This document shows positions 18,750 through 20,000 of a stretch of DNA of 20,000 bases, piece by piece (position 1 is the first letter of the stretch; every line of letters starts with the position of its first letter). The position numbers and the translations under genes were made by a program. The DNA is taken from the IMG/VR virus record IMGVR_UViG_3300008108_000201, one strand, 5' to 3'. The stretch comes from an uncultured virus (IMG/VR IMGVR_UViG_3300008108_000201) (lineage: Duplodnaviria > Heunggongvirae > Uroviricota > Caudoviricetes). Under the pieces are notes generated by a model. It did no database searches. It worked only from the letters and a program-made list of their open reading frames with translations, and was not told the DNA's origin.

Positions 18750-19616
18750 ATGGAAGTACTTGTTACAGGAGGATGCGGGTTTATAGGTTATGCTTTAACT
18801 AAAGAATTGTTACTTAGAGGATATAATGTTGATGTTATTGATAATTTAAGTATTGGCGACGAAGCAAAAATACCTGAAGGATGTAATTTTTTAGGTGGGG
18901 ATATCAGAGGTATGGGTAATATAGACGATAGACCGTATGATATAATATTTCATCTTGCAGCTTTGAGTAGAATACAACCATCTTTCAAAAGCCCATATAC
19001 AACATTTTCAGTTAATTTAGATGGAACTAAAGAAGTTGTTAGGTATGCGAAAAGAAACAAATCAAAATTAATATATTCAGGATCATCGTCTCGTCATCAC
19101 AATCCAATATTATCACCATATGCAATGACTAAACATATGGGAGAGGAATGGATTAAAATGGAAAGAGAAGTATTTGGATTGAATGCTGAAATAGTTAGAT
19201 TCTATAATGTATACGGACCAGGTGAATTAGTAGATTCAGATATGGCAGCAGTTATTGGAGTATGGAGAGCGCAAATTAGAAAGAATTATCCTATAACAAT
19301 TACAGGCGATGGAGAACAGCGCCGTGATTTTACTTATGTAGATGATATTATAAATGGATTGATTAGAATAGCTGAATCAAACGAAAAGCATGAAGATGCC
19401 TGGGAACTTGGTACAGGTAAAAATTATTCGATTAATGAGGTAGCAGATATGTTTATTAAAAAGTTTAGATGTGTGAAAGTCTACATGTCTGAGCAAAAAG
19501 GAAACTACCGCGAAACAATCAGAGTTAACAACGATGCTGTTGAGAGACTAGGATGGCAACCTAAAGATCGTTTGAAAGAATACATAAATTCGTTATATGA
19601 AAAAGACAACCGCTGA
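18750..19616 (+). CDS. NAD-dependent NDP-sugar epimerase/dehydratase (extended SDR)
   Basis: VLVTGGCGFIG, HLAA, GSSS, YAMTK (YxxxK), RFYNVYGP, GDGEQRRDFTYVDD; ATG 18750 follows the previous stop. Confidence 0.9.
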   Translation: MEVLVTGGCGFIGYALTKELLLRGYNVDVIDNLSIGDEAKIPEGCNFLGGDIRGMGNIDDRPYDIIFHLAALSRIQPSFKSPYTTFSVNLDGTKEVVRYAKRNKSKLIYSGSSSRHHNPILSPYAMTKHMGEEWIKMEREVFGLNAEIVRFYNVYGPGELVDSDMAAVIGVWRAQIRKNYPITITGDGEQRRDFTYVDDIINGLIRIAESNEKHEDAWELGTGKNYSINEVADMFIKKFRCVKVYMSEQKGNYRETIRVNNDAVERLGWQPKDRLKEYINSLYEKDNR

Positions 19617-19854
19617 AAACTTCTACGAAGCAATCAAGCACGTTGGAGCAGGGAGCCTGTATTATTTAACTCGCAAAAAAGATTCCGAAACGGAATTTAT
19701 TTTTGAGCCCTTGGTTATTGATACTAAGGACAGGGAGCTTACTATTAAAATTCTGCAAAGGGCTATGGAACGTTCTGATTTTATAGCCTTTCCTGGAACA
19801 CCAGAAGCTTATGAATTTATGCGCGGAAATGTTGAAGATGTGACTGAAAAGTAA
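19597..19854 (+). CDS. Hypothetical protein (85 aa)
   Basis: ATG ORF overlapping the epimerase stop on the coding strand. Confidence 0.55.
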   Translation: MKKTTAENFYEAIKHVGAGSLYYLTRKKDSETEFIFEPLVIDTKDRELTIKILQRAMERSDFIAFPGTPEAYEFMRGNVEDVTEK

Positions 19855-19862
19855 TATATTAA
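19831..19862 (+). promoter_or_regulatory. Bacteroidota sigma70-type promoter (GTTG-N20-TATATT)
   Basis: GTTG 19831-19834, TA at 19855. Confidence 0.55.
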
Positions 19863-19865
19863 GTA

Positions 19866-20000
19866 ATGACAATAACATTAACACAAGAACATCTTTATAT
19901 AGGTGTAATAGTCCTCTTGATTATTTTACAGGTAGTTCAATGGGTAACTATAAAAAAACTACAGAACGAATGTGATAGAATTTGGGAACAGTTAGGTACT
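19866..20000 (+). CDS. Partial (3'-truncated) protein with an N-terminal transmembrane helix
   Basis: MTITLTQEHLYIGVIVLLIILQVVQWVTIKKLQNECDRIWEQLGT..., open to the window end. Confidence 0.6.
   Translation, partial: MTITLTQEHLYIGVIVLLIILQVVQWVTIKKLQNECDRIWEQLGT

Overview
A 20 kb, AT-rich, single-strand (+) gene-dense segment of a large tailed-phage genome using the standard genetic code. The host is probably Bacteroidota: seven (G/T)TTG-N19/20-TAnnTT promoters are present and most leaders are A-rich with no Shine-Dalgarno sequence. Gene order: end of a baseplate module (LysM/gp53-like wedge protein, 1420-aa hub-like protein ending in a DUF2272/CHAP-like domain, hypothetical protein); replication/repair module (short divergent family-A polymerase, hypothetical protein, gp32-like SSB, RecA/UvsX, DenV, 5'-3' exonuclease, DnaB-like helicase, class II ribonucleotide reductase NrdJ); an inserted fibre/adhesin-like repeat protein; and an accessory block with QueD, QueE, small Cys-rich proteins and an NDP-sugar epimerase. 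Most notable observations: (1) a nearly thumbless PolA with a His at the steric-gate position and a YDS motif C; (2) a possible pseudoknotted, two-state RNA leader before nrdJ; (3) an apparently circularly permuted DUF2272 domain; (4) a QueE with a CX3CX35C cluster motif. All family assignments come from recalled motifs, not database searches.
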